DNA of 64,000 bases from Anthoceros angustus (lineage: Eukaryota > Plantae > Anthocerotophyta): positions 434,001 through 498,000 of the forward strand of contig VJWM01000172.1 of the NCBI GenBank assembly GCA_010909165.1. Reading direction: 5' to 3'. Positions within the stretch are counted from its first letter, which is position 1. Each line of letters starts with the position of its first letter. The notes under the pieces are model-generated. The model had not been told where the DNA came from. It did not search any database and saw only the letters and a list, made by a program, of their open reading frames with translations. The translations under genes were made by a program, and so were the position numbers. Below, piece after piece: positions 24,458 through 37,701 of this stretch.

Positions 24458-25170
24458 TATTGCTAGAATAATCAGATAATCTTGTTTTACCATTAACTTA
24501 TAGAATTATCAAAAACTATACCAAAGATAGACGTGGAAGATATATTACAACCTCTCATCACTAGATAAAACCGAATGAAGTAATTTTAAAAAATAGAAGG
24601 TAAACATAGTAAATATAGAAGTGGATAAGAGAAAAGAATTATTGTGGGTAGTTTAGAAAATATACTTGTGGATGTGGCTAAATGAATCCTTCTGGGAGGG
24701 ACCACCGGCAGGGTGGATCACCACATGTCTCTATACAACGTATGCTCCAAAACTTTGGAAATATTGTTACTTATTATGACGACAGTGTCCATCAATACGA
24801 ATATACTATAATTTACTTGAATTTGTATAACATAATACATCATCGGTAACAAAACTCTCAAGTCTTGTATGGTCCCACACACCACAAATCTCCAATATCT
24901 ATTTACTAAAGGATTCTCATTTTGTTGTCAATGATTCCAAGTTTCCATCCCGCGAGTATGGATGATGACAAGCCATGATGCTATCTTTGCATCAATTTCA
25001 CAAAGAAGACGCTAGAGGTATTATAATTCTTTTATATGTGCGTATTCCATGTATTAAAAGTTCGATTCTTGATATGTATATACGTTGCTCAACTAGCTAG
25101 TTTATGTATTGATGGTCATAAATCCCGCGTTGATGGTGAAAACAAAGGGAATCTTGGACTACGATGTCCC

Positions 25171-25427
25171 GATCCCCATCCATCTCCCCATTTTCACCCT
25201 CCGCACGGGATTACGACTCCGGCTCAGATCCTCATCCATCTCCCCATTTTTACCCTCCTGCAGTTTACCACTACTTCCTGGCCCAGCATCCTCATCCATT
25301 CCCCATTTTTCCTCTGTGCCGACCACGATTTCCCGGTCCAGACCCTGTCCATCTCCCCATTTTTTCCTCTCGCAGCCGGACTATGTACTTCCCCGTCCGT
25401 ATCTCATCCATCACTCCCCCAAATTTC
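25171..25427 (+). repeat. Minisatellite, 5 copies (noisy)
   Basis: Counted cores. Confidence 0.9.
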
Positions 25428-25470
25428 GTATCCTCCCAAGAATAAGAAGTTGGTATAAGGGCAAGAACAA

Positions 25471-28400
25471 GATATCTATGGAACCAATTGGCTAGATTGT
25501 CTATGTTAGCCTGCTGTAGGGATTTACTTTGTGTAGGAATGTTATCCTTCTTCTGCTTCGGTGGTCTCATTGCTCTTATGCAGCCCTAGTATATATTTGT
25601 TGTGATATGCTTGTTTCTTGTCATGGGGCTTTAGGAGGTGAAATTCTCTTCTTTTTTATAAAGCATTAAAAATTTGGTGTAATAAAAGTTACTCTCAACC
25701 TTACTTGCCTCTAATGCTCGCTGTAATTTGCTACGAATAATGTTGCATCACTGCTGATCAAAGGAACGGTCGCATACCTCGCTAGTCAATGCTCCAACTC
25801 TGGAATCTGGGCCAACGGTGTATATGCTCCTTGGATGGTGATGGAAATACTTCAAAAATCCAAGAGATAAATCAATTCAAGAAGGATCCGCTGAGCATAC
25901 CTCTTACAATCGTATGTCACAACGAGTTATGCTCGAATTAATAAGAGGCGAATTTATCCTATAGCAAGCTTGTTCGAGTTCACATGTGCCCGAGTACATG
26001 TAGCTCTAGAAGCATCTCCACAAGCCTTCGAACTACGTTATCAGGATCTTCCATATCAAGAACCTTTTGCGCCCCGACTGAGATCGAATATCTTGGATTG
26101 TCAAAAGAAACCAATTCAAGTGCAACATTTACATAGCTTATTATCACAATTGCTTGCTTGAAGCAAGAGCAAGGACTTCAAAGAAGAGCTTAACTAGTTG
26201 GCACCTCCAAGCCTTCCAACCGAGGCAGCCTCCGTGACCTTCCTGCCAAGAAGCTTATAGCCCCACTCTCGAGACTAAATATCCTTATCATGCAACAAAC
26301 CATTCAAGTACAACATTTACATAGATTGTTCACACTGTTAGCTTGAAGCAAGAGCAGTGGACTTCAAAGAAGAGCAGAATTGGTTGCAACTTACACTGCA
26401 CCACTACCATTCTACCCTCATGTGCAAGCTAAAGATGAATAAAGCGTGTATGCTCGCATGATACATCGATGAAGTGGTTGACACCAAACCTTGTCGCCAC
26501 TTTAGACATACCTCAACATCCAGCTCACGTCAGCCGCCGTTATTGCAGCCCTCAGGCTTGGATTTTCAAGTTCATCATGATTTTGCCAAGAAGGCGGCCT
26601 CGTTGACGCAACGCTGACCAAGAAGGACATGCCCTTCAATGGCTGACTGGCATGAAGCCGTAGCTGAAGGATATCGGGGTGAGCGATTCTAACCACAACC
26701 ACCAGATTGGAAAAACCGCTCCATGTGTAATGAGATGTACCGCTATTTATTGGGACTATCTTAAGCCGTAAGGACTAGAAGAAGTGATCATCCAATTTTC
26801 TATGTCAAGCAGTGCAAACTTATGGATGAGAGAAATTATTCAACCACCGAGAGGGAAGGTCTTGGCATCATATACTCTGTAAGAAGTTTAGACACTACAT
26901 GCTTGCTTGTAATGACGTTCCATGTCGACTCATTTTGCTAAAGTACCTTGTGAACAAGCTAGATTTATCGTGAAGGATTGCTAGGTGGGTCGTTGCTGCA
27001 AGAGTTTGATTTTGATGAAACCAAAGGCCAAGGCAACATATATGAATGCCAATTTTGTTGCCCGTCAAAATTGGAAAATGGAAAATGGATTGTGGCAATC
27101 GATGACGCCCCATTTTTCCGACGAGGAGCTAGTAGCGCCGGGTTGGGAGAGGATCATGAGCAAAGTACACATTTGATTGAGGTCAAGCAAGAGGTGTTGC
27201 GCGTAGCACCAAATGTCTGTGGAAGGGGTTTGTCAGGATGCGGCAGGAGGACGATCTAGGAGTTCGAGATGAAGTAAAAGAGCAGCATGGGTGCAAGGAG
27301 GAGCAAGGTATGCTCTTTAAGTGGAAGGGCTGCAAGTGGAGGCCACAACGCTGGCAAAAGGATGTGGAGAACAATGAAGAAATCGCAATTTGAAGGAAGT
27401 GAGAGGTGGCACACAAAATGGTGTGCCTCATGAGGAGGTGTGCTGGAGTCTAGAAGCGAGGTAGCTCCGCATTGGTGGTGTATATGGAGAAGGATTGTGG
27501 AGAAACCACACCTCAAAGAGTGCTTGCAGTGGAGTCATGAAGAAAGAGTCCACAAGTCCACTCGAACAAGGTAAGTGGTGCCAGGAAAACGCAGCAATGT
27601 GAGGAGATCGCTAGAGCGCTGTCCGGGGCTAGTGTGAGACTAGGCAGCATAGAGATGAAGAGGCCGATGGCGCTGAGATGAGCGGTGTCGATGGCCCAGT
27701 GAGTGCCAGCAGCTGGCCGACGCCAGGAAGGAGCTGGTTTTGCAAGCCAAGTAGAGGCGAGGCTGCACACGGCATCCGACATCCCTCAGTGGGCAAACCA
27801 GAGGGGACGGCGAGGTGTACATGGAAGAGGAGGCCTGGAGTGAAGGACTCCCATGTCCACGTATTTGCTAAACGGTGAGGTACGTAAGATTCTTAGAGCA
27901 TGGATCATGCCTAATGGTTTGTCAAGGGAAGGGGCGTACGTTGTTCCTTACAAAGCTGCGCCTTATTGTCTACGAGATGGGGTCTCATAGCTTGATCCGA
28001 TGGGAAGATCCAGGTTGTTTGGAAGAGAAGCTACTCTCACTAGAAGCTTTGCATGCGAGAGTGGAGGCCATTATTTGGTACAAATTACGATGAAGGAGAT
28101 CCTAGATGCGGTGGTTTTGGTGGGCCGGCTGAGGGATGTGTGGGATTTTGTTCGGAGGTGTGATGCATTCCAACGGGTTGGGAGGCCGACTTTCAACCAA
28201 TGGCCCCTCACTTATATCCTACCTTTGGCACCTTCGAGAAGTGGGGCATAGACTTTGTAGGTCCCATCGTACCCACAAAATGGACAAGGTAGCAATATAT
28301 TTGAGGATCACGGACTCCATAAAAATGGGAGGTCGAAGCAACAAGGAAGGATGATGCACCAAGAGTGTAAAAGTTTCTCTTTGAGAACATCGAATTTCAG

Positions 28401-29075
28401 ATGGGTGTCCTTGAGCCGCTGATAGGAGAACCTATTTTCTCAACTCGGTGATTGAGTCTTTTACCTCCTACCCAATATCCTAAGATCGAAGACAACTCCT
28501 TACAATCCCAAGGCAAATGGTTTGACGGAGAACACGAATGGTCGGTTGTGTACAATCTTGACCAAGGTAACTGTCACTCATATGTATGATTGGGACACCA
28601 AATTGTATTCCACTTTGTGGGTCCCATCGGGCCGCCCACAAAATGGACAAGGCGCAATATATTTTGGTGGATAGGACTCTCACAAAATGGTGAGGTCAAG
28701 CAACAAGGAAGGATGATGCACCGATGGTGGCAAAGTTTCTCTTTGAGAACATCGTAACTCGGTATGGGTGTCCTTTGAGCTGGCCGATAGAACTCATTTT
28801 CAACTCGGTGATTGAGTCTTTTACCTCCTACCTCAATATCCGATCGAAGACAACTCCTTACAATCCCAAGGCAAATGGTTTTGTGGAGAACACGAATGGT
28901 TTGTTGTGTACAATCTTGACCAAGGTAATCACACTCACATGTATGATTGGGACACCAAGGTATCTGGGCCAGGGCCTACAGATGCTGGAGAAGGTGACCA
29001 CCAAGAAGACTCTATTATTTAATGTCGAGAAGAGGGGCCCTGATGCTCCGTGGTTCGATCCTCCCCTTCGAATTT
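25471..29075 (+). pseudogene. pol: Decayed Gypsy pol, unit 4, with duplicated integrase core
   Basis: ORF 28724-29104 VAKFLFENIVTRYGCP..FNSVIESFTSYLNI..TTPYNPKANG; RH present ~26820-27070. Confidence 0.88.
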
Positions 29076-29441
29076 CCCTCACGCCAAACCTCAACTCCTC
29101 ATGAGTTTCGGATGCACAATCTTAACAGCTCCTATTGATCCTATGCTGACTTGTAATATATGGAGGAAGTCACCAGCACATGGTGTTTGACCCGGAGGAA
29201 GGAATCCAGCTTGGGACTCCGTGGAGACAGAGATCCCTACCACTGCCGCATCCAATATATCATATCGAGCCACTTGATTTGTGAAATCATTTGAGTAATC
29301 CACCGATCTATTACAACATCTGGAAGACCAAGCGCTTTCAAAATCTCGACGAATCACTTGAGTTGCCAAAGTATTTGAGTACCCATTTGATCCATCACAA
29401 AATATGAATGAGCTATGCATTTATAGTTGAAACTTGGGTAA

Positions 29442-30040
29442 ATATAGACTTGAAGATGGTTTTGTTCTCGATGATATATTATGAATTATCGATGTTTTTT
29501 TATTTTGTTAGTAAATTATAGTATATTTAATATTGATATTATAACAAAAACATCATCATAAACATCACAAAATATTTCCAAGAGATATTATGACAATCAT
29601 AACGTTGTTTTACCATTAACTTATAGAATTATCAAAAACTATACCAAAGATAGACGTGGAAGATATATTACAAATAACCTTCTCGATCACTAGATAAAAG
29701 CATGGAAGTAATTTGGCATAAAAGAAGGTAAACATAGTAAATATAGAAAGTGGATAAGAGTAAAAGTAATTATTGGGGTAGTTTAGGTAAATATAATGGG
29801 GCATGATAGAAGCAACAGAATCCTTCTGAGGTAGGATGGGCATCACAGTAGTATGGATCACCACAAGTGCCCTATACAAATTCGATGTCGTAAAATCTCT
29901 TGGAAATATTGTTTGTGATGTTTATGATGATGTTTTTGTTATAATATCAATATGAAATATACTATAATTTACTAACAAAATAAAAATTATCGATAATTCA
30001 TAATATATCATCGAGAACAAAACCATCTTCAAGTCTATAT
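29442..30040. repeat. Fold-back inverted repeat
   Basis: Same arms. Confidence 0.92.
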
Positions 30041-30376
30041 ATGTATGGTCCCTACACACAAATCACAAATCTATCTTCATATATCTATTTCAATCTTTAA
30101 AAGGATTCTCATTTTGTTGTCTACAATGATTCCAAGTTTGCGCCGATCTATGGCTATGATGATGTTTGTGATGCTATCTTTGCTTAGCATCAATTTTGTG
30201 TCACAAGATTGCTAAGAGGTATTATAATTCTTTTATATGTGTGTATTCCATGTATTAAAATTCCATTTTAGATATGTATATTATGTTGCTCTCAACTAGC
30301 TAGTTTATGCTTGATGTGTTAAATCCGTGGTTGATGTAGAAAAACAAAGGAATTAGGACTCACGACTTCTGGTCCC

Positions 30377-30637
30377 GATCCCCATCCATCTCCCCATTTT
30401 CACCCTCTCGCAAAGCCGGACTACGTACTTCCGGTCTAGATCCTCATCCATCTCCCCATTTTTACCCTCTGCAAAGCCGGACTACGATTCTCGTCCAGAT
30501 CCTCATCCATCTCCCCATTTTTCCCTCCGCAGCCGGACTACGACTTCCTCGGGTCCATCCTCATCCATCTCCCCATTTTTCCCTCCGCAGGACTATGTAC
30601 TTCTGGTCGATCCTCATCCATCACCCCCCAAATTTTG
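30377..30637 (+). repeat. Minisatellite, 5 copies
   Basis: Counted cores. Confidence 0.95.
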
Positions 30638-30686
30638 GTATCCCTCCCAAGAATAAGAAGTTGGTATAAGGGAGCACAGGAATGAA

Positions 30687-33600
30687 GATATCTATGGGAG
30701 CAATTGGCTAGATTGTCTATGTTAGCTCGTTGTTGGTAGGATTTCTACTTCCTTTGTGTAGGGATTGTTATCCTCTTCTCTGCTTCGTGGTCTCTTATGT
30801 GCAGCCCTAGTATATATTTGTTGTGGGGATATCTTGTGCCTCTCGATGGGGCTTTAGGAGGTGAAATTCTCTTTTTATAAAGCATTAAAAATTTTGGTGT
30901 AAAAGTTACTCAACCTTACCCTCTAATGCTCGCACGGCACGAACAATGAGCAGATCGTTGAACAAAGGAACTCGTTAAGTGCTGCTTAGTCGAATGCTCC
31001 AACTCTTGGAATCCCGATAACGGTGGTTGGCGCCCCAGGATGGATGCTAGTACATCTAAAAATCCAGAGAGATAAATCAATTCAAGAAGGATCCGGCTGA
31101 GCATACTCCTCTTACAATCGATGTCACAACGAGTTATCTCGAATGGCTAATAAGAGGCGGTAATTATCCTAGCTAGCAAGCTTGTTCAGATGTGTGGCTC
31201 GAGTACATGTGGCTCAAAGCATCTCCACAAGCCTTCCGAACCACAAGCATTTCCATGACCTTCCATATCAAGAACCTTTTGCAAATTCCGACTGTGAGAT
31301 CGAACATCTTGGATTGCCGTAAAGAAACCAATTCAAGTGCAACATTTACATAGCGACATTTCACAATTGCTTGCTTGAAGCAAGAGGGACTTCAAAGAAG
31401 AGCTTAACTAGTTGCACCTCCACAAGCCTTCGAGGAAAGGCACGCACTTCAGGACCTTCCTCACAAGAAGCGTGTAAATTCCACTCTTGAGACTAAACAT
31501 CCTGATTGTTGTGCAACAAACCAATTCAAGTACAACATTTACATAGCGATTGTTCATACTGCTAGCTTGAAGCAAGAGGTGGACTTCAAAGAAGAGCGAA
31601 TTGGTTGCACCTACACCCAATTACTACCATTCTACCCTGCAAGCTAAAGATGAAAAGCGTATGCTCGCATGATACATCGATGAAGTGGTTGACACCAAAC
31701 CTTGTTGTCACGAGACATACCTCAACATCCAGCCTCACAAGCTCGCTTACCGCAGCCTATTGCAGCTCTAGGCTTGGATTTTCAAGTTCATCAAGGATTT
31801 TGCCAAGAAGGCGGCCTGGACGCAGCTGACCAAGAAGGACATGCCCTTCAATGGACAGAGCCAAGGCATGAAGCCTTTTAGCTTGAAGGATAGCTTGGTG
31901 AGCGTTCAACACTACAACCAGATTGGAAAAACCGTCCATGTACGATGTACCGCTACTTATTGGGACTATCTGCCAAGGACGAGAAGAAGCGGATCATCCA
32001 ATTTTCTATTGGCAGCAACTTATGGATCGAGAGAAATTATTCAACCACCGAGAGGGAAGGTCTTAGCATCATATACTCTTGTAAGAAGTTTAGACACTAC
32101 ATGCTTGCTTGTGGTGACGCCCATGTCACCATTTTGTGTTAAAGGATTTTAACAAGCCAGATTTATCGTGAAGGATTGCTAGGTGGGTCCTGCAAGGCAA
32201 GAGTTTGATTTTGATGTAGAAACCAGGCCAAGGAAGCAACATATGAATGCCAATTTTGTTCTCGAAAATTGGAAAATGGAAAATGGATTGTGGCCACTGA
32301 TGACGTCTCCCATTTCCACGAGGAGCTAGTAGCAGAGCGGTTAGGGGAGAGGATCATGAGCAAGTACACATTTGATTGAGGCTCAGCAAGAAGAGGCGTG
32401 CTGTAAGGACCAAATGTGGAAGGGGTTTTCAGGATTTGGTCACAGGAGGACGATCGAGGAGTTCGAGATGAAGTAAAGAGCAGCAAAGATAAGGAGGAGC
32501 AAGGTATGCTCTTTAAGTGGAAGGGCTGCAAGTGGAGGCCACAACGTTGGCAAAGGATGAGAAACAAACAAGAAACGCAATTTGAAGGAAGGAGAGGTGG
32601 CACACAAAATGGTGTGCCTCATGAGGAGGTGTACGCTGAGTCTAGAAGTGAGGTAGTTATGGTGGTGTATATAAGAAGGACTGTGAGAAACCACACCTCA
32701 AAGAGTGCTTGCAAGTGGAGCTGCAAGAAAGAGCGCCGATGTGTCCACGGTCGATGGCACGCTGTGAAAACGCAGAATGTGAGGAGATCTCACTAGAGCT
32801 GCGGGTCTCGCTAGCGACTAGGCAGATAGAGATGAAGAGGGCTGGCGCGCTGAGAGATGAGTGTGTCGATGGGCAGACAAGTGCAAGCAGCTGCCCGCAG
32901 GAAGGAGCTGGTTTTGCAAGCCAAGTAGAGGGCGAGGTCAGTACACAAAGACCGACATCCCCAGTGGGCAAACTAGAGGGGACGCGAGGTACCGGGAAGA
33001 GGAGGTCGGGCGTGAAGGACTCCCATGTCCACTAGATTTGCTAAACTGAGGGGTAAGATTCTTAGAGCACGGATCATGCCTAATGGTTTGTCAAGGAAGG
33101 GCGCATGTTGTTCCTTACAAAGCCTTATTGTCTACTTAGATGGGGTCTCATATAAGCTTATCCCATGGGAAGAGGAGGTCGGGCGTGAAGGACTCCCATG
33201 TCCACAGTGTTGCTAAGCGGTGAGGACGAAGATTCTTAGAGCAGGATCATGCCTAATGGTTTGTCAAGGAAGGGCGTGCTGTTGTTCCTTACAAAGCTGC
33301 CTTATTGTCTACGAGATGGGGTCTCATACAAGCTTGGTCCGGATGGGAAGATCCGAGGTTGTTGGAAGAGAAGGAAGCTACTCTCATCATAGAAGCTTTG
33401 CATGCGTAAGAGGCCGAGGCCATTATTTGCAACAAATTAATGAAGGAGATCCTAGATGGTGGTTTTGGTGGGCCACTGCAGGGATGTGTGGGATTTTGTC
33501 TTGAGGTGTGATGCATTCCAACCAAGTTGGGAGGCCGACTTTGTCAACACAATGGCCTCATACTTATATCCTACCTTTGGCACCTTCGAGAAGTGGGCTA

Positions 33601-34060
33601 GACTTTGTGGGTCCCATCGTCACCTACAAATGGACAAGCTGAATATATTTTGGTGGATACGACACTGCACAAAATGGCGAGACAAGCAACAAGGAAGGAT
33701 GATGCACCAAGAGGGCAAAGTTTCTCTTTGAGAACATCGTAACTCGGTATGGGTGTCCTTTGAGCGCCGCCGAGGGAACTCATTTTCTCAACTCGGTGAT
33801 TGAGTCTTTTACCTCCTACCTCAATATCCTAAATCGAAGACAACTCTCATAATCCCAAGGCAAATGGTTTGACGGAGAACACGAATGGTTTGTTGTGTAC
33901 AATCTGACCAAGGTAATCACACCATGTATGATTGGGACACCAAATTGCATTCGCTTTGTGGGCCTACAGAGGGAGAAGGTGACCACCAAGAAGACTCCTA
34001 TTATTTAATGTACGAAGAGGGGCCTCGATGTCCGTGGTTCAGATCCTCCCCTTCGAATTT
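30687..34060 (+). pseudogene. pol: Decayed Gypsy pol, unit 5
   Basis: RH and INT motifs as in other units; extra ~170-bp duplication at 32993-33351. Confidence 0.88.
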
Positions 34061-34415
34061 CCTCGACCAAACCTCAACTCCTCATGAGTTTCGGATGCAC
34101 AATCTTAATAAAATTTCATTGATCCTATGTCGACTTGTAATATATGGAGGAAGTCGACAAAGACATGGTGTTTGGACCCGAGGATGAACAGCGACTCCCG
34201 GAGACAGAGATCCCTACGACTGCATCCAATATATCATATCGAGCCACTTGATTTGTGAAATCATTTGAGTAATCCACCGATCTATTACAACATCCGAAGA
34301 CCAAGCGCTTTCAAAATCTCGATCGAATCACTTGAGTTGCCAAAGTATTTGAGTACTCCATTGATCCATCACAAAATATGAATGAGCTATGCATTTATAG
34401 TTGAAACTTGGGTAA

Positions 34416-35002
34416 ATATAGACTTGAAGATGGTTTTGTTCTCGATGATATATATGAATTATCGATAAGTTTTTTTATTTTGTTAGTAAATTATAGTATA
34501 TTTAATATTGATATTATAACAAAACATCATCATAAACATCACAAAAATATTTCCAAGAGATATTATGTCTCCAGATAACGTTGTTTTACCATTAACTTAT
34601 AGAATTATCAAAAACTATACCAAAGATAGACGTGGAAGATATATTACAAATAACCTTCTCGATCACTAGATAAATCAACCCGGAAGTAATTTGGCATAAA
34701 AGAAGAGAAAAACATAGTAAATATAGAAAGTGGATAAGAGTAAAAGTAATTATTGGGGTAGTTTAGGTAAATATAATGGGGCATGATAGAAGCAACAGAA
34801 TTTCTGAGGTAGGATGGGCATCGAGTAGCTGTGATCACCAAGTGCCCTATAATTCTCGCAAAACTTTGGAAATATTGTTTGATGTTTATGATGATGTTTT
34901 GTTATAATATCAATATGAAATATACTATAATTTACTAACAAAATAAAAAATTATCGATAATTCAATATATCATCGAGAACAAAACCATCTTCAAGTCTAT
35001 AT
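34416..35002. repeat. Fold-back inverted repeat
   Basis: Same arms. Confidence 0.92.
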
Positions 35003-35329
35003 ATGTATGGTCCCTACACACAAATCACAAATCTATCTTCATATATCTATTTCAATCTTACTAAAGGATTCTCATTGTTGTTCATAATGATTCCAAGTTT
35101 GTGATCTATGGCTATGATGATGTTTGTGATGCTATCTTGCTTAGCATCAATTTTGTGCAAGATTGCTAAGAGGTATTATAACTTTATATGTGTATTCCAT
35201 GTATTAAAATTCCATTTTAGATATGTATATTATGTTGCTCAACTAGCTAGTTTATGTTGGCCGATGTGTTGTTAAACTCGTGGTTGATGTAGAAAAACAA
35301 AGGGAATCTTGATCACGTACTTCGGTCCC

Positions 35330-35582
35330 GATCCCCATCCATCTCCCCATTTTCACCTCTAAAGCCGGACTACGATTTCCGTCTAGATCCTCATCCATCT
35401 CCCCATTTTTACCCTCCGCAGCTTGACACGATTTCCCGGTCCGATCTCATCCATCTCCCCATTTTTCCCTCTCGCAAAGCCGACCACGACTTGTCCAGAT
35501 CCTCATCCATCTCCCCATTTTTCCCTCTCGCAGCTGCACTATGTACTTGGGTCCAGATCCTCATCCATCACCCCCAAATTTT
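35330..35582 (+). repeat. Minisatellite, 5 copies
   Basis: Counted cores. Confidence 0.95.
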
Positions 35583-35624
35583 GGGATCCTTCCCAAGAAT
35601 AAGAAGTTGGTAAAGAGCACAAGA

Positions 35625-37666
35625 TAGGGGTTTGTCTCAACCCCATTTTGGCCCCAACCATCCGTAAATGCACATGTCTCATTTCACTTTTGATTTGCGA
35701 ACCCACGCCCATGCATCCGAGCCCAAGGAAGACCTAATGTGCCCACCGTCCGCACAAATGACGGACACCTTTGTACCAAGTGGGATGATCATGACTTATG
35801 CTCCAAAGAGTGGAGTGCACCGGCGAGACTTATACTCCAAAGAGGTGCAATACACCGGGTTTGGAGAGGTTGCCAATACTTGTGTAGGCAAGCACTGCTC
35901 AAGTTGCTTGTGCACACTTGCCACCGCACCAACACTCACATCAATTCTCTTTTCAAACCCGTGATTCGAGCAATCCTGCACGGCAGCATACCGCCGACCC
36001 GGCCCCTCCGCGGAGATAAGCCGCACTTAGATCCGCAGATTGCCCCGCAGCGAGAATTGGACAAGGTAAAGGATGGTGAGGCCTCCTCAACCGCTCTTGA
36101 TCAAACTCTAGCTTACATTTCTTCTTGTCAAGTCCGCATCGCTTTCAACCTTAATCTATCCATGGGTGGCACATGGAGCAAGTCGATCTTAAATTCAAAA
36201 TCGCTAAGCTTGGCTATAGTTCGCCTCTGAACACCTTGCACACGTAGGGCGCCACGGGTATAGATAGTCCTCCTTGAGCCTCAGAAATACTCACCATTTG
36301 GTCAAAACCCCACCGGGCGACTTTCTTTCTTCAGATACTGGCTCACTAGGGCTCGCAGTGGCTGTGCAGATGCTCTCTTATGCTTGTGTACTACATCCGA
36401 TGTGCTTTCATTACTCAAGGAAAATCATCTATTCTATTTATTTTCTTTCTCGCAAAACATTGTGAAACATTGTCGCCTTCAAAAGGTTGGCCATTAGAAA
36501 CCACCATCATACATGTCAATTTTGGAAAATGTAGCTCATCTAGAAACCAAGGCCTATGCATCTATACGCATCAAACTCGAATGAGCGGACATTTGGCGCA
36601 CCAATCAAAGAGATCCAAATGCAAGTCATCGAAGGGGCACATAGAGTAAGGCCAAAAGGTTTACATGTTGTATACAAAGCGAATGTGGAATATAACATCA
36701 ACCAACAAATGATTTTCAAAAATAATATTCATGACTTTACGCCTAGATACCGGATGATTTACAAATTTTTCAAACCACTAAAATCAACACTCCATCCTAG
36801 TATTGATACGCCTCTAGGTTGCTTAACAAAGGAGTTGTTACAAAGTTTTCAAAGCGCCAAAACAAGCCATCCTAGTACTAATCGACCCAAGAGTGCATAA
36901 CCGAAGTTCTAGCACCAAAGTCAAGCACCCCATCCTAGTACTGATCCGACCCGGTGCTTAACCTTGGAGTTCTTATGCCATTGAGTCTATGTGCACCTAT
37001 CCCAAGGATATTTCTGAGAGACAAACAATAATAGCGCGGACGTCCGGCGCATCCACTCCACCATTTCCATCTCGGACGCCCACAAGATTGGGGTCTCAGA
37101 AATGCGCCGGACGTCCGGCGCAGTTTAGCAGACTCGCGCCAATGTGCGAACGTCCGCGCATTGTTCCAATTCCTTCTATGTTTTCACTCTAACAATGGAG
37201 ATCCCGGGTTGTGTACTCAGTGCACCGACGTCCAGCTACTTTTAGAGTCGTAGTTTGGTCCTCTCGAGATGGCCATGATCGCTATCGGTTAATGTTCTTC
37301 ACAATCGCCGGACGTCCCGTAGCTTGCTTTCGCTTAATTGCTACTTTGGTTGCGCGGACGTCCGCAGCTTTTGGCTTGCTGGACTAATTTTGTTTGGTTT
37401 GCCTACCGCTCACCCCGCTAGGAAGTACTATCGCTCGAAGAGGTGTTTAGGATTCCTAGCACCGTTAAAATCCTTGAAATCCCTTCCTTGTGAAGGTGAA
37501 ATCTGAACCTTCTTCGGCTTCAAACCGTAGCGTAAGTATTCACGAGAAAATAACATGGTCAATGTCTTTCAAGACATGTCTAAAGAGTGGTTTTGCTAAA
37601 GATGATGCATTTTGCCGGGTCATTTTTGGTCTTTAGGGACCCAAACCCTTTAATGGAGAATAACCC
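35625..37666 (-). mobile_element. Second copy of the same TIR element, inverted
   Basis: Reverse-complement match to 4885-6955 throughout; inserted at a different position of the unit. Confidence 0.8.
36792..36973 (-). other. Three tandem degenerate 5S internal control regions (copy 2)
   Basis: Reverse complement contains AGAACTCC..GTTAAGC..AGTACTAGGATGGG (14-nt exact), CTTGGGTCGATTAGTACTAGGATGG and AACTCC..GTTAAGC..ATACTAGGATGG. Confidence 0.8.
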
Positions 37667-37701
37667 TCCCAGAGAGTTGGTATAAGGAGCATGTGAATGA
37701 A

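Larger units (their letters stand above)
18468..24870. repeat. Fold-back inverted repeat split by the Copia insertion
   Basis: Left arm 18468-18623; loop resumes at ~24463; degenerate right arm ~24750-24870. Confidence 0.75.
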
